Shown here one piece after another: positions 1 to 8,978 of a stretch of 64,000 bases of DNA; position 1 is the stretch's first letter; every line of letters starts with the position of its first letter. The position numbers and the translations under genes were made by a program. The DNA comes from an uncultured Gammaproteobacteria bacterium. Lineage in GTDB: Bacteria; Patescibacteriota; Microgenomatia; UBA12405. The notes beneath the pieces were generated by a model. It was not told the origin of the DNA, ran no database searches, and was given only the letters and a program-made list of their open reading frames with translations. The stretch is taken from contig CAZIHS010000001.1 of assembly GCA_964538765.1 (NCBI GenBank), forward strand, positions 19,966 to 83,965, given 5' to 3'.

Positions 1-140
1 TTGGCCAGGGAGGCAGAAAAATAAAAGAAATTGGAACGGCAACCAGAAAAGAATTGGAGGTGGCGAGCAACAGGAAGATATTTTTAGATCTAATGGTAGT
101 GGTCGATAAACACTGGCCTGAAAGGGCGGTGGCCGGTTGA
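1..140 (+). CDS. era: GTPase Era, C-terminal fragment (5' truncated by window edge)
   Basis: Frame from nt 3 reads GQGGRKIKEIGTATRKELEVASNRKIFLDLMVVVDKHW..., the Era KH-domain C-terminus (GxxG..IK.IG...R.ELE...FL.L.V.V...W); TGA at 138-140. Not in ORF track. Confidence 0.85.
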   Translation, partial: GQGGRKIKEIGTATRKELEVASNRKIFLDLMVVVDKHWPERAVAG

Positions 141-172
141 AAGAGATGGCGATAGGTGATAAAAAAGTAGAC

Positions 173-859
173 ATGTGGCGCATCGATAAGGTTTCAAAAA
201 GCTTTGGTCTTTTAAAGGCGGTTAACGATGTCAGTTTTGAAGTTAAGGCCGCGGAGGTGGTTGGGTTACTGGGGCCAAACGGAGCCGGAAAAACGACTCT
301 AATGAGAATCCTGACTGGCTTTTATCGTGGAAACCGGGGAACAATTTTTTACCACGACACAGCAGTAGACACTAAAAGTAAAGATTATAAAAAGCTTATC
401 GGGTATCTGCCCGAAAACAACCCTTTATATTTGGCCATGACGGTAACCGAGTATTTAGAATTTGTGGCAAAGTTAAAACAGGTTGTTGAAATTAAAAAGG
501 GAATTTTGGAGGCGGCTTTGGAATGCGGTCTTTTAGATATGCTGAATAAAAAAATCGACACTTTGTCAAAGGGATATCGACAGAGAGTGGGGCTGGCAGC
601 GGCTCTTTTGGGTGACCCCCGGATACTGGTTTTGGATGAACCGACATCAGGGCTTGACCCAAAACAGATAGTTGAGATTCGGAAATTGATTAGGACGTTG
701 GCCAGGAAAAAAGCGGTGATATTATCAACACATATTTTAACCGAAGCGAAGGAAATTTGCGACAGAATTCTAATTATCAACAGAGGCAACCTAGTGTTAA
801 ACGAGAAAACTGACAAAATTAAAAATATTGAAAAAAGGTTTATCGAGTTAACAGATTAG
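173..859 (+). CDS. ABC transporter ATP-binding protein, GldA-like
   Basis: Walker A GPNGAGKTT, signature LSKGYRQRVGLA, Walker B LVLDEPT, H-loop STHIL; ATG 173 preferred over TTG 137, which overlaps era. Confidence 0.9.
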   Translation: MWRIDKVSKSFGLLKAVNDVSFEVKAAEVVGLLGPNGAGKTTLMRILTGFYRGNRGTIFYHDTAVDTKSKDYKKLIGYLPENNPLYLAMTVTEYLEFVAKLKQVVEIKKGILEAALECGLLDMLNKKIDTLSKGYRQRVGLAAALLGDPRILVLDEPTSGLDPKQIVEIRKLIRTLARKKAVILSTHILTEAKEICDRILIINRGNLVLNEKTDKIKNIEKRFIELTD

Positions 860-860
860 T

Positions 861-1580
861 ATGAATTTTAAAAATATTTTGATTTTGGCTAAAAAAGAAT
901 GGTGGAGTTTGCTTTACAATCCGACAGGTTATGTTTTTTCAGCCTTGTTGCTTTTGGTTACAAACTGGCTTTTTGTAAACGACATGTTTGTGATTGGGCA
1001 AGCCGATATTAAACCCTACCTGTCAACAATGTTGTTTTTGCTGATAATATTTGTTCCGGCGATAACAATGAATTCACTGGCGGAAGAGAAAAAAAGTGGC
1101 ACCTGGGAGATTTTATTATCTTTGCCGGTAAATGAAACCGAAATGGTGGTGGGGAAACTGTTGGGCTGGTGGTGGTATTTTGGTTTGGTTTTGGTGTTGT
1201 CGACGCCTGTGGCAGGAATTCTTATCTGGCTTGGCCAACCTGATTTGGGGGTGATGGCAGGCGGCTATGTAGCCGTGCTGTTGGTGGGATTGGCCTATGG
1301 AGCCATAGGTATTCTGGCTTCTGCCCTGACAAACCAGCCGGTGGTTGGCTTTTTGATTGGAACAATGATTATTTTGGTAAACAACGTGATGGGTCAGGAC
1401 GCGGTGGTTTCAAGAATGCCAGGCCAATTGGCTAAAATTGTGACCAGTCTGAGTCTCGGCTGGCAGACAAATAGAATGATGACCGGGGCCTTTGAACTTA
1501 CTGATTTAGTTTTTTTTGGATCAGCAACGGCGGTGGCGGTGATAATAACGGTTTTGATTTTGAAGGCGAGGGATAAATAA
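861..1580 (+). CDS. ABC-2 type permease, GldF-like
   Basis: About 6 hydrophobic segments; FVPAITM..LAEEKKSGTWEILLSLP..E.VVGK motif; follows the ATPase. Confidence 0.85.
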   Translation: MNFKNILILAKKEWWSLLYNPTGYVFSALLLLVTNWLFVNDMFVIGQADIKPYLSTMLFLLIIFVPAITMNSLAEEKKSGTWEILLSLPVNETEMVVGKLLGWWWYFGLVLVLSTPVAGILIWLGQPDLGVMAGGYVAVLLVGLAYGAIGILASALTNQPVVGFLIGTMIILVNNVMGQDAVVSRMPGQLAKIVTSLSLGWQTNRMMTGAFELTDLVFFGSATAVAVIITVLILKARDK

Positions 1581-1582
1581 TT

Positions 1583-3040
1583 ATGAAAAACAATAAGCTG
1601 ATTACCATGCTGACAGGCGTGAATTTGATTGCCGTGGTAGTGGTGATAAACATTCTTTTGTCTTTTGCGCCAAATGTCAGACTAGATTTAACAAATAATA
1701 AAATTCATAGCTTATCTAAAACAAGTGAATTAACTTTGCAAAAACTGGAGGATGTGGTCAACGTCAAGGTTTACATTAGCAGTGAGTTACCCCCCGAGAT
1801 CAAACCATTGGCAGATAACTTAAAATTAACGATTAACGAGTTTGAAAGTATAAACCCGGGAAAGTTTAAAGTTACTTATCTGGACCCGTTAAAAAGTGAA
1901 TCGGTTAGAAGTGAAGCGGAAAAAAACGGAATTCAGCCTCTTCAATTTTCAAACATTAAGTCGGATAAGTTTGAAGTGTCTAACGGGTATTTTGGCCTGG
2001 TAATGACCTACGGAGATAAAAAAGAGGTATTGCCAGTGGCCGGAGACGTGGGAAACCTTGAATATTTTTTGGTTACCGGGATAAGACGGCTTGTAAACAA
2101 CAAAAGTACCGGAGTGCTTTTGGCTATTAACGAAGATAACGCCGACAATGGCTACCAGCTCCTTAATGAATATATGGGCAAAGTATATAAGACAACCGAA
2201 ATAAATTTAGGGGAAGAGGTTAAGCTGACTGAAGAAAACGAGGTGATGGTAATAGTTAATCCGCAGACAGATTTAGTAAAAAATAAAGAGGCGATATCCC
2301 TCTGGCTTAAGCAGGGAAAGGGACTGGTGTTTTTTGCGGATCAAATAGGGGTTGACGTGGCAATGGGCAGCAAACAGAACCCAATAGAAGGCTGGAAAAG
2401 TTTGTTTAAAGAGTACGGGATTGAATATGGCGACAAGATGCTGGTAGATCAAAGTTCGACTTTAGCCAACTTTAGAGGCCAAAAAGGCAACTTTTTAACC
2501 CAATATCCTTTTTGGATTCAGATCAGGACAGAAAATATTAATAATACTTTGCCAATTTTATCGGGTGTAACGTCGTTAATGGTTCCCTGGACAACGGGAT
2601 TAAGCGTCAGCGGTCAGGCCAGGCCGTTATTCAGCTCAAGCAGTCAGTCTCAAGCAGTTGACGGAGCCTTAGATGTTTCGCCCTACTCCAAGGTCTCCTG
2701 GGAAAGTGGAAAGATGAAAAAAACGGTTGTCGGCGCAATTAATACGGAGGGCGTTAGACTGGCGGTTATCGCAGACTCAGATATGTTAAGAGACCAATTT
2801 TTGAGAAACAATCAGCAAAATCTGGTGTTGGCTCTGAATTTAACTGATTATTTTTCACAGGACAAAAGTTTAATGGAAATTAGGAGTAAAAATGTTAAAT
2901 CAAGTCCTCTTAAGCCAGTTGAAGAAATGGTTAGATTGGCAGTTAAAGGGGGGCTTATAGTTTCGCCACTTTTATTAACTTTGCTGGTGGCTGGAGCGGC
3001 GAAAATAGTACGGAATAAAAACCAAAAAAGGTATGGTTGA
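1583..3040 (+). CDS. GldG-like ABC auxiliary protein (GIFT/ABC_transp_aux domain)
   Basis: N-terminal TM, RLDLT.NK.HSLS motif, YFGLVM.Y, VIADSD..N..LALN.TD, C-terminal TM. Confidence 0.85.
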   Translation: MKNNKLITMLTGVNLIAVVVVINILLSFAPNVRLDLTNNKIHSLSKTSELTLQKLEDVVNVKVYISSELPPEIKPLADNLKLTINEFESINPGKFKVTYLDPLKSESVRSEAEKNGIQPLQFSNIKSDKFEVSNGYFGLVMTYGDKKEVLPVAGDVGNLEYFLVTGIRRLVNNKSTGVLLAINEDNADNGYQLLNEYMGKVYKTTEINLGEEVKLTEENEVMVIVNPQTDLVKNKEAISLWLKQGKGLVFFADQIGVDVAMGSKQNPIEGWKSLFKEYGIEYGDKMLVDQSSTLANFRGQKGNFLTQYPFWIQIRTENINNTLPILSGVTSLMVPWTTGLSVSGQARPLFSSSSQSQAVDGALDVSPYSKVSWESGKMKKTVVGAINTEGVRLAVIADSDMLRDQFLRNNQQNLVLALNLTDYFSQDKSLMEIRSKNVKSSPLKPVEEMVRLAVKGGLIVSPLLLTLLVAGAAKIVRNKNQKRYG

Positions 3041-3842
3041 TAGAGGTTCAAAGATTTTTATTATTTCGGGAGTGGTTTTGTTTTTTGCTGTTGGCATTTG
3101 GTTACTTTTGGTAAACAGGGGCCAACAAAAGGTGCCGGGTAATTATTTTGCTGAAGATGGAAAATGGTGTATTAACCAATTGTGTTTTTTTAAGAAAGAG
3201 AATAAATGGTGGGTAAAGAACGATAAAATTGAAGCTCCGGCAAACAGTGAGGTGGTCGACGAGACATACAAAAAAATTTTAGGGATAAAGCTGGGTGAGG
3301 TGGTTTCAGAAAATCCTGTTCGATTTGCAGAGCTTGGAATCGGCGAAAGCAACAGGGTGATGATAAATATTGGAGGCAAGGAACTGGAGGTTGGAAAAAA
3401 TAATCAAGCCTATGACGGAACCTATTTTAGACCGGCCGGGGGAAATAAGGCATACTTTGTACCAATTATTCTGGATAAAAGTAACCTGACGAGCCTTGAT
3501 TATTGGCAGTTGAAAGCGATTACCAACCTGCCAATTTATCAGGTTAGAAAAGTAAGGATTTCGAAAAATGGGGTAGAGACAGAAATAGTTAAAAAGGATG
3601 ATAAATGGCCAAATGATAAACTGGTGTCCAAAATAACATATTTGAAACCGGTTAGATACCTGCCAGACTTTGCCAAAGATGGAGAGAAAGTTTCATTTAC
3701 AGTCGAGGGAGAAGGTTTTGAGGTCAAAATTAAAATTGGCCAAAAAACCGAAAGCAAAAAAACGGCTATATTTTGGGCAACTACAGACGACAAAACATAT
3801 TTCGAAATCAGCAAAGAAGACTTTGGAACATTAAACGGTTGA
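3033..3842 (+). CDS. DUF4340-like membrane-anchored protein
   Basis: N-terminal TM; V.ENP..F.ELG, L.VGK, GTYFR pattern; usual fourth gene of gldAFG-type clusters. Confidence 0.6.
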   Translation: MVDRGSKIFIISGVVLFFAVGIWLLLVNRGQQKVPGNYFAEDGKWCINQLCFFKKENKWWVKNDKIEAPANSEVVDETYKKILGIKLGEVVSENPVRFAELGIGESNRVMINIGGKELEVGKNNQAYDGTYFRPAGGNKAYFVPIILDKSNLTSLDYWQLKAITNLPIYQVRKVRISKNGVETEIVKKDDKWPNDKLVSKITYLKPVRYLPDFAKDGEKVSFTVEGEGFEVKIKIGQKTESKKTAIFWATTDDKTYFEISKEDFGTLNG

Positions 3843-3906
3843 CGGATGTTGCAAATTTAAATAGACTAGATTGAGTAGATTAATATTTTTAGTTATTTAA
3901 ATAGTT

Positions 3907-4389
3907 ATGAGCAAAAGTGGAATAAAAGTATTTGTTGCTGGTTTTCTTGGCGCCTTGGCCGGAGCGGTTGGCGGTTTACTGCTGGCCCCGAATTCAGGTG
4001 AAGAAACCAGAAAAAAGTTGAACAGGCTGGCAGGTAGTGTAAAAAACAAGGTCGACGAGGAAACCAAGGACACCAGAGCAAGAATAGTTAAGATTTTTGG
4101 CAGTGCCGGTGAATTGTCAGTAAAAAGATATAACATGGTTATTAGCGGTCTTAACCGAAAGATAGATGATTTAAAAAAGGCTGGAGAAGAGATTGACAGG
4201 GAGAAATATTCAAAAATTGTCGACGAGGTTTTGGGGGAATTTAGAAACGACCTAAGGAAAGCAAAGGCCAGCAGCGGAAAACTGGGGGAAATGCTAAAAA
4301 GTGATTTTGCAAAAATTAAGGGCTCACTGACCAGTAGCGGTGGTTTTTCCGGTAAGCGTTTGAGTAAGAAGAGATCTAAGAAAGTTTAA
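3907..4389 (+). CDS. YtxH domain-containing protein
   Basis: GFLGALAGAVGGLLLAPNSGEETRKKL is the YtxH signature. Confidence 0.85.
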   Translation: MSKSGIKVFVAGFLGALAGAVGGLLLAPNSGEETRKKLNRLAGSVKNKVDEETKDTRARIVKIFGSAGELSVKRYNMVISGLNRKIDDLKKAGEEIDREKYSKIVDEVLGEFRNDLRKAKASSGKLGEMLKSDFAKIKGSLTSSGGFSGKRLSKKRSKKV

Positions 4390-5301
4390 GGATTTTTCGT
4401 CAATAATCGAGACTGCGGCCCGGGCGTGGATAGCCTTTTTTAGTTTTTCCAGAGCTTTGGGTTTTTCGATTAAATCTGATTTGGTAATTAAAAGTATTTC
4501 AGGTTTGTTTATCAAATTTTGACTATAGTTGGAAAGCTCGGTTCGAATTAGCCGATAGTCGGAAATAGGGTCTTTCGACTCGGAGGAGAGACAATGAACC
4601 AGAATTGAGGTGCGTTCGATGTGTTTAAGAAAGCGGAAACCAAGACCGCGGCCAACGGAAGCCCCTTCTATTAAGCCTGGAATATCGGCAATAATACTGC
4701 CATCGGGTAAAGCGCCAAGATTTGGCTCAAGAGTGGTAAATGGATAGTTGGCAACTTTGGCTTTAGCCGAAGTTAGGGCGTTTAGAAGCGAGGTTTTCCC
4801 AGAGTTTGGTAAACCAATTAAGCCTATTTGGGCGATAAGTTTTAGCTGGAGAAACAGACGTCTTACCGGTTTCTTTTCCCCGGGGGTTGATTCTTTTGGC
4901 GTTTGGTTGGTGGAGGAGCGGAAAGAAAAATTTCCCCTACCACCGCGGCCGCCTTTTGCCGCCACCACCTTTTGACCAATTGTGGTTAGCTCCACTGAAG
5001 TGCCGTTATCATAATTAATTTTGGTGCCCACCGGCAAGCGGATGACCAAATCTTCGCCGTTGTGGCCGGTTCTTTGGTTTCTGCCTCCATTTTGACCATT
5101 TTGGGCCGAAAAAATTTTGGGGCTTTTAAACTGTTTCAACAAACCAATGTCGGCAACAGCCTGGAAGTATACCGTACCTCCGTCTCCTCCGTTACCACCG
5201 TCAGGGCCGCCTTTTGGCCGCCAACGGTCGGAAAAGAAATGGACCATCCCATTACCTCCATCGCCAGCCTTAATATTGGCATAGACCTCGTCAATCAACA
5301 T
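4324..5301 (-). CDS. obgE: GTPase Obg (short form, no C-terminal domain)
   Basis: Gly-rich GGPDGGNGGDGG N-terminus, GLPNSGKTS, YPFTTLEPNLG, DIPGLIEGA, TKSD. Confidence 0.95.
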   Translation of the reverse strand: MLIDEVYANIKAGDGGNGMVHFFSDRWRPKGGPDGGNGGDGGTVYFQAVADIGLLKQFKSPKIFSAQNGQNGGRNQRTGHNGEDLVIRLPVGTKINYDNGTSVELTTIGQKVVAAKGGRGGRGNFSFRSSTNQTPKESTPGEKKPVRRLFLQLKLIAQIGLIGLPNSGKTSLLNALTSAKAKVANYPFTTLEPNLGALPDGSIIADIPGLIEGASVGRGLGFRFLKHIERTSILVHCLSSESKDPISDYRLIRTELSNYSQNLINKPEILLITKSDLIEKPKALEKLKKAIHARAAVSIIDEKSLNFLRSLLTQTLTGKTTATGQ

Positions 5302-5320
5302 GGTGATATTATAGATTAAT

Positions 5321-5422
5321 ATGCAAAATGGAATGACAGTTGCCGGGCTGGTATTGATATTTGGTTTGTTTGGCGGGATTATTGGCTATATTTTTTGGTG
5401 GTTGAAAAAGAACAAAAAATAG
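5321..5422 (+). CDS. putative 33-aa single-pass membrane peptide
   Basis: MQNGMTVAGLVLIFGLFGGIIGYIFWWLKKNKK; fills the intergenic gap; TG-a-TATTAT 8 nt upstream; below ORF-track cutoff. Confidence 0.55.
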   Translation: MQNGMTVAGLVLIFGLFGGIIGYIFWWLKKNKK

Positions 5423-5440
5423 CCGGGGTTTGGAAGGTTA

Positions 5441-5836
5441 TTATTCCCTTATGTTTGCGAGCTTGGCGGTGTAGACAATTTGTTTGAGGGAACCGTCTGG
5501 AAATTCGATTTGATTGGAGCCCGATTGAGTGGCGTATTGATACAAATAATCGGAAAAGGCGGTTTTGAGTTCGCGGATTTGAGCCTGATTGGCTTTTACC
5601 TTATCATCAACTGCTTTTGCTTCTGGAGTGGCCAATATCTTTTGACGGGCAATTTTTTTAAGTTTGTTTAATTTTTGCCATTCCCGGTCTACTTCCTGAT
5701 AGTTTTCGTCAGATTCAAAAAGCGACTTGAGCATGGCCCGGTGCTCCCGGGATTCTTGTTCCAAGGTTTTGAGTTTATCCCGATGTTGGTCGATTAGCGA
5801 TTGGAGTAATACAATGCTGTTGTCTGACGAAGGCAT
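5441..5836 (-). CDS. hypothetical coiled-coil protein
   Basis: 131-aa helical, charged ORF filling the gap. Confidence 0.7.
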   Translation of the reverse strand: MPSSDNSIVLLQSLIDQHRDKLKTLEQESREHRAMLKSLFESDENYQEVDREWQKLNKLKKIARQKILATPEAKAVDDKVKANQAQIRELKTAFSDYLYQYATQSGSNQIEFPDGSLKQIVYTAKLANIRE

Positions 5837-5874
5837 ATGGTATTAAATCGATTAAGAGACCCATTGGCAAGTGA

Positions 5875-6408
5875 TCAAGTGGTTGGGCGTGATTTTTGGC
5901 GACGGGAGAATTTGGCGCCGACGCGGGAATGGTGGTGGCGCTGATCAAAAACGGTTTGACGCATTTTTTGGAAGTTGCCTTTCTTGTGTTCAACCGCCGA
6001 AAAAGTTGAGAGTTTAGCCGGGCGGGTAGACCCAAACGGCTTACGTTTCCGGCTGGCCCGTGGAGAAGAAGGGTTGGGTGGCACCGGGGCGGAAGCGCCA
6101 GGAAACGGTTTCGACTCGATAAGATGAGCAGATGTTTTTTCAGGTGCCGGATCTGGTTTGGCATAGTCAACAATTATGGTGCGGTCGATGAGATAGTAAC
6201 CGTTGAATTTTTCTTTAGCGGCTCTAGCGCTTTTAGAATCCTCAAACTCCACAAAACCTATGCCGCGGGATCGTCCCCAAGGGTTTCGCAAAACCTTTAC
6301 GGCCACCACTTTTCCTACACCGACAAACAAGGCCAAAAGATCGCCTTCAGTGATTTTGTAGGGCAAACTGCCAACAAAAAGACGGTTGGGTTTTTTATTT
6401 GATTGCAT
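5875..6408 (-). CDS. RRM RNA-binding protein with basic, disordered C-terminal tail
   Basis: RNP2 LFVGSL, RNP1 RGIGFVEF. Confidence 0.9.
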   Translation of the reverse strand: MQSNKKPNRLFVGSLPYKITEGDLLALFVGVGKVVAVKVLRNPWGRSRGIGFVEFEDSKSARAAKEKFNGYYLIDRTIIVDYAKPDPAPEKTSAHLIESKPFPGASAPVPPNPSSPRASRKRKPFGSTRPAKLSTFSAVEHKKGNFQKMRQTVFDQRHHHSRVGAKFSRRQKSRPTT

Positions 6409-7021
6409 AAAACTCGGTTACACCTTCCGGGTTGATAAAACGGAGGGCAAGAGAGGGTTCCTGACTGTTATCAATTTCAAAAACAATAGCCGTGTTAACC
6501 CACTGTTCATGGTCGAGTGTGATTTTAGAAAGTTCAAAAAGGTTCTTTGACTGGGTATAGCTTTCGGAAAAATAGGTGGTTTCAACCGTGCTTAGGTTTT
6601 TTGCCTGATCGATGATGACAAACTGGGGAGAAGGAGTATCCCCTATCTGATTAAAGTTGGACGGCTGGCCCAAATTTTTGGCATTACCGCGGATTGCGAT
6701 TTCAACCAGGATCAGCTTTTTTCCTTCGGAAGGTTGACGAGAGGCCACTTCCTTTACTTCCTTTATTGATTTGGCTTTAAATTGAGCAGAGCCAACACCG
6801 TCGGGCTGAAAATATTTGTATTTGACGGTAAATTCCTGATTAAGAGGAACTGTTTTTGTAATATTTATTTTTTCGGTGGCGAATTTATCAACATAGGGAG
6901 TGGTTTCAGCCAGCTGATCGTCGTCGCTGAATGAAACTTTAGGCTTTTGCGGTCCACAAGCAGAGAATATTAAAGACGAAAAAACGATAATTAATAGTGC
7001 TGGAAGAGTGGTTTTTGTCAT
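6395..7021 (-). CDS. putative lipoprotein (DUF4352-like Ig fold possible)
   Basis: Hydrophobic signal ending in lipobox-like FSAC-G; beta-rich body; start could also be 7030 or 7045. Confidence 0.65.
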   Translation of the reverse strand: MTKTTLPALLIIVFSSLIFSACGPQKPKVSFSDDDQLAETTPYVDKFATEKINITKTVPLNQEFTVKYKYFQPDGVGSAQFKAKSIKEVKEVASRQPSEGKKLILVEIAIRGNAKNLGQPSNFNQIGDTPSPQFVIIDQAKNLSTVETTYFSESYTQSKNLFELSKITLDHEQWVNTAIVFEIDNSQEPSLALRFINPEGVTEFYAIK

Positions 7022-7056
7022 TGTCGACATGCAATTTGGTAACATCTTGATTATAG

Positions 7057-7698
7057 ATGAAAAAGAATTGGGGATGGGATTTTGAAAAATACCAGGTGGG
7101 AGGGTTGCAAACTAATTGCTATATTCTGTGGAATCGGCAAAAACAGTCGGTGGTAATAGACCCCGGAGATGATGGGGTTGAGATTGCTCAAAGGATAGGA
7201 GAAAAGGATTTGAAGTTGACGGCTATTTGGTTAACTCACGGCCACTTTGACCACACCCTGGGAGTACTAGACCTGGAGATAATTTTTAAGCCAAAAATAT
7301 ACTTGAATAATAAGGATCAGTTTTTGTTTAACCGGCAGGATGATACGGCCCGTTATTTTGGTCAGAAGTTGTCTGCAAGACCAAAAATTGACACCCGGAT
7401 TGTTGATCTTGGGCAAATTAAAAACGTTTATTTGGGAGAAACAGGGTTTGAAGTGTGGCCTACCCCTGGGCATACCCCAGGCGGAGTGTGTTTTTACCAA
7501 AGGGAGGCCGGGGTGCTTTTTTCCGGCGACATTTTGCTTAATGGTGAAGTTGGCCGAACTAATTTTTCTTATAGCAGTAAGACTAATTTTAAAAATAGCC
7601 TGGAGGGGTTGTTGGGTTTGGCTGATGAAGTGTTGGTTTTACCGGGTCATGGCGAAAAAACGACGATTGGGGAACAAAGACGAAAAATACAAACTTAG
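7057..7698 (+). CDS. MBL-fold metallo-hydrolase (glyoxalase II/YcbL-like)
   Basis: THGHFDH, TPGHTPG, FSGD, PGHG motifs. Confidence 0.92.
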   Translation: MKKNWGWDFEKYQVGGLQTNCYILWNRQKQSVVIDPGDDGVEIAQRIGEKDLKLTAIWLTHGHFDHTLGVLDLEIIFKPKIYLNNKDQFLFNRQDDTARYFGQKLSARPKIDTRIVDLGQIKNVYLGETGFEVWPTPGHTPGGVCFYQREAGVLFSGDILLNGEVGRTNFSYSSKTNFKNSLEGLLGLADEVLVLPGHGEKTTIGEQRRKIQT

Positions 7699-7752
7699 TA
7701 TACACTAAATTTGTATTACAGGACTTGAAAGGTAGGTGGAAGATGGGTTAAT

Positions 7753-8169
7753 GTGTTTGGTAAAATGGGCTTAAGACGGACATTAGAAATTGTCGGGGCG
7801 ATAGCAATAGTTTACGAAATTTCTTTTTGCGGCCGTTTCCCAAAGGCAGTAAGGGATCAAGTCAGAAGAGAGCAGAGAGATAGGTGCGCCTGGTGTGGCA
7901 CGAGTACAAGTAAAACGGAGATTCACCATATTTGCCCAGATGGTATAGGCGGGGCTAAGAGGGATAGGTTTAACGCGGTAGGTCTGTGCAAAGACTGCCA
8001 TGATGAGTGGGACAAAAGAGCTACCCCTGACAAGATTAGAGATGCCGAAGTGTATCCAGGAATACCACTGCTTTCAATTGGGCCGAGATATTATGAAAAA
8101 GGGAAGAGAGGAATTGATGATCTTCAAAGAAGATACGCACAAATGGTAAGAAATAGGAGAAGAAGATAG
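7753..8169 (+). CDS. HNH endonuclease family protein
   Basis: CAWC..EIHHI..NAVGLCKDCH zinc-bound HNH pattern; start may be ATG 7765. Confidence 0.8.
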   Translation: MFGKMGLRRTLEIVGAIAIVYEISFCGRFPKAVRDQVRREQRDRCAWCGTSTSKTEIHHICPDGIGGAKRDRFNAVGLCKDCHDEWDKRATPDKIRDAEVYPGIPLLSIGPRYYEKGKRGIDDLQRRYAQMVRNRRRR

Positions 8170-8212
8170 CATTGGGGTAAAATAGGAGGTCGCACCTTGG
8201 TAGTTTTGATTC

Positions 8213-8283
8213 TACCCCGTCGTCTAATGGTAGGACACTGCGCTCTGAACGCAGTAATTGAGGTTCGAATCCTTGCGGGGTAA
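8213..8283 (+). tRNA. tRNA-Gln(CTG)
   Basis: Acceptor TACCCCG/CGGGGTA (U1-A72), anticodon arm CTGCG-CTCTGAA-CGCAG, T-loop TTCGAAT; CCA not encoded. Confidence 0.95.
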
Positions 8284-8375
8284 CAGTTTTTGCAAATCGA
8301 AACCAAGCAGCCTCGACCCTGTTTTTGGCCGGTCAAGTTTGAGGAGATTAGTGGTCACAACTGTATAATTCATTT

Positions 8376-8480
8376 GTGTCGACCGATATAAAATTAATTT
8401 GTTTTGTTAAAGGCTCTAAAATTGAAACAAATTCCTGGAAAGTGATTGATCAGCTGTCTGACTTAAAAAGGATATTTTAA
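8376..8480 (+). CDS. candidate 34-aa small ORF or gene remnant
   Basis: GTG start 6 nt after TATAAT (8364-8369); MSTDIKLICFVKGSKIETNSWKVIDQLSDLKRIF. Confidence 0.3.
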   Translation: MSTDIKLICFVKGSKIETNSWKVIDQLSDLKRIF

Positions 8481-8517
8481 AATTTAAATTATCGTTTTTA
8501 CTAATATATTTGGAAAC

Positions 8518-8922
8518 ATGAAACCTAAAATTAGTTTGATTACTCTTGGGGTTGAAAACGTTGGTGTGTCGTTGTCGTTCTATCGAGATGGTCTTGGTTT
8601 TAAAACACACAACTATAATGAAGGCGACGAGGCAATATTTTTTGAACTGGAAGGAACTTGGTTATCTATTTTTCCAAAAAGTAAATTGGCCAATGACGCC
8701 ACCGTTGCCTCCGAGGGCTCGGGGTTTAGAGGCTTTACCTTGGCCCATAACGTCGGTTCAAAAGAAGAGGTTGACAGTGTATTTAAACTGGCCGTTTCTG
8801 TGGGGGCGTTGCCGGTGAAAAAACCAGAAGATACGTTTTGGGGAGGTTATTCGGGTTATTTTTCTGACCCTGACGGATATTTGTGGGAGGTGGCATTCAA
8901 TCCGTATACAGATCTGACCTGA
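8518..8922 (+). CDS. VOC family (glyoxalase/bleomycin resistance) protein
   Basis: ISLITLGV..SFYRDGLG, TLAHNV, FWGGYSGYFSDPDGYLWEVA. Confidence 0.93.
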   Translation: MKPKISLITLGVENVGVSLSFYRDGLGFKTHNYNEGDEAIFFELEGTWLSIFPKSKLANDATVASEGSGFRGFTLAHNVGSKEEVDSVFKLAVSVGALPVKKPEDTFWGGYSGYFSDPDGYLWEVAFNPYTDLT

Positions 8923-8978
8923 TATGTTGGGTTTAAGTGGGTGGGGGTAATTTATTAAAACTGGGGTAAAATCAAACC

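Noticed and set aside
8160-8300. Possible attL/attR duplication of the tRNA-Gln 3' end
   Set aside because: Only a short GGGGTAA match (near 8174 and 8963), better explained as part of -10 promoter elements
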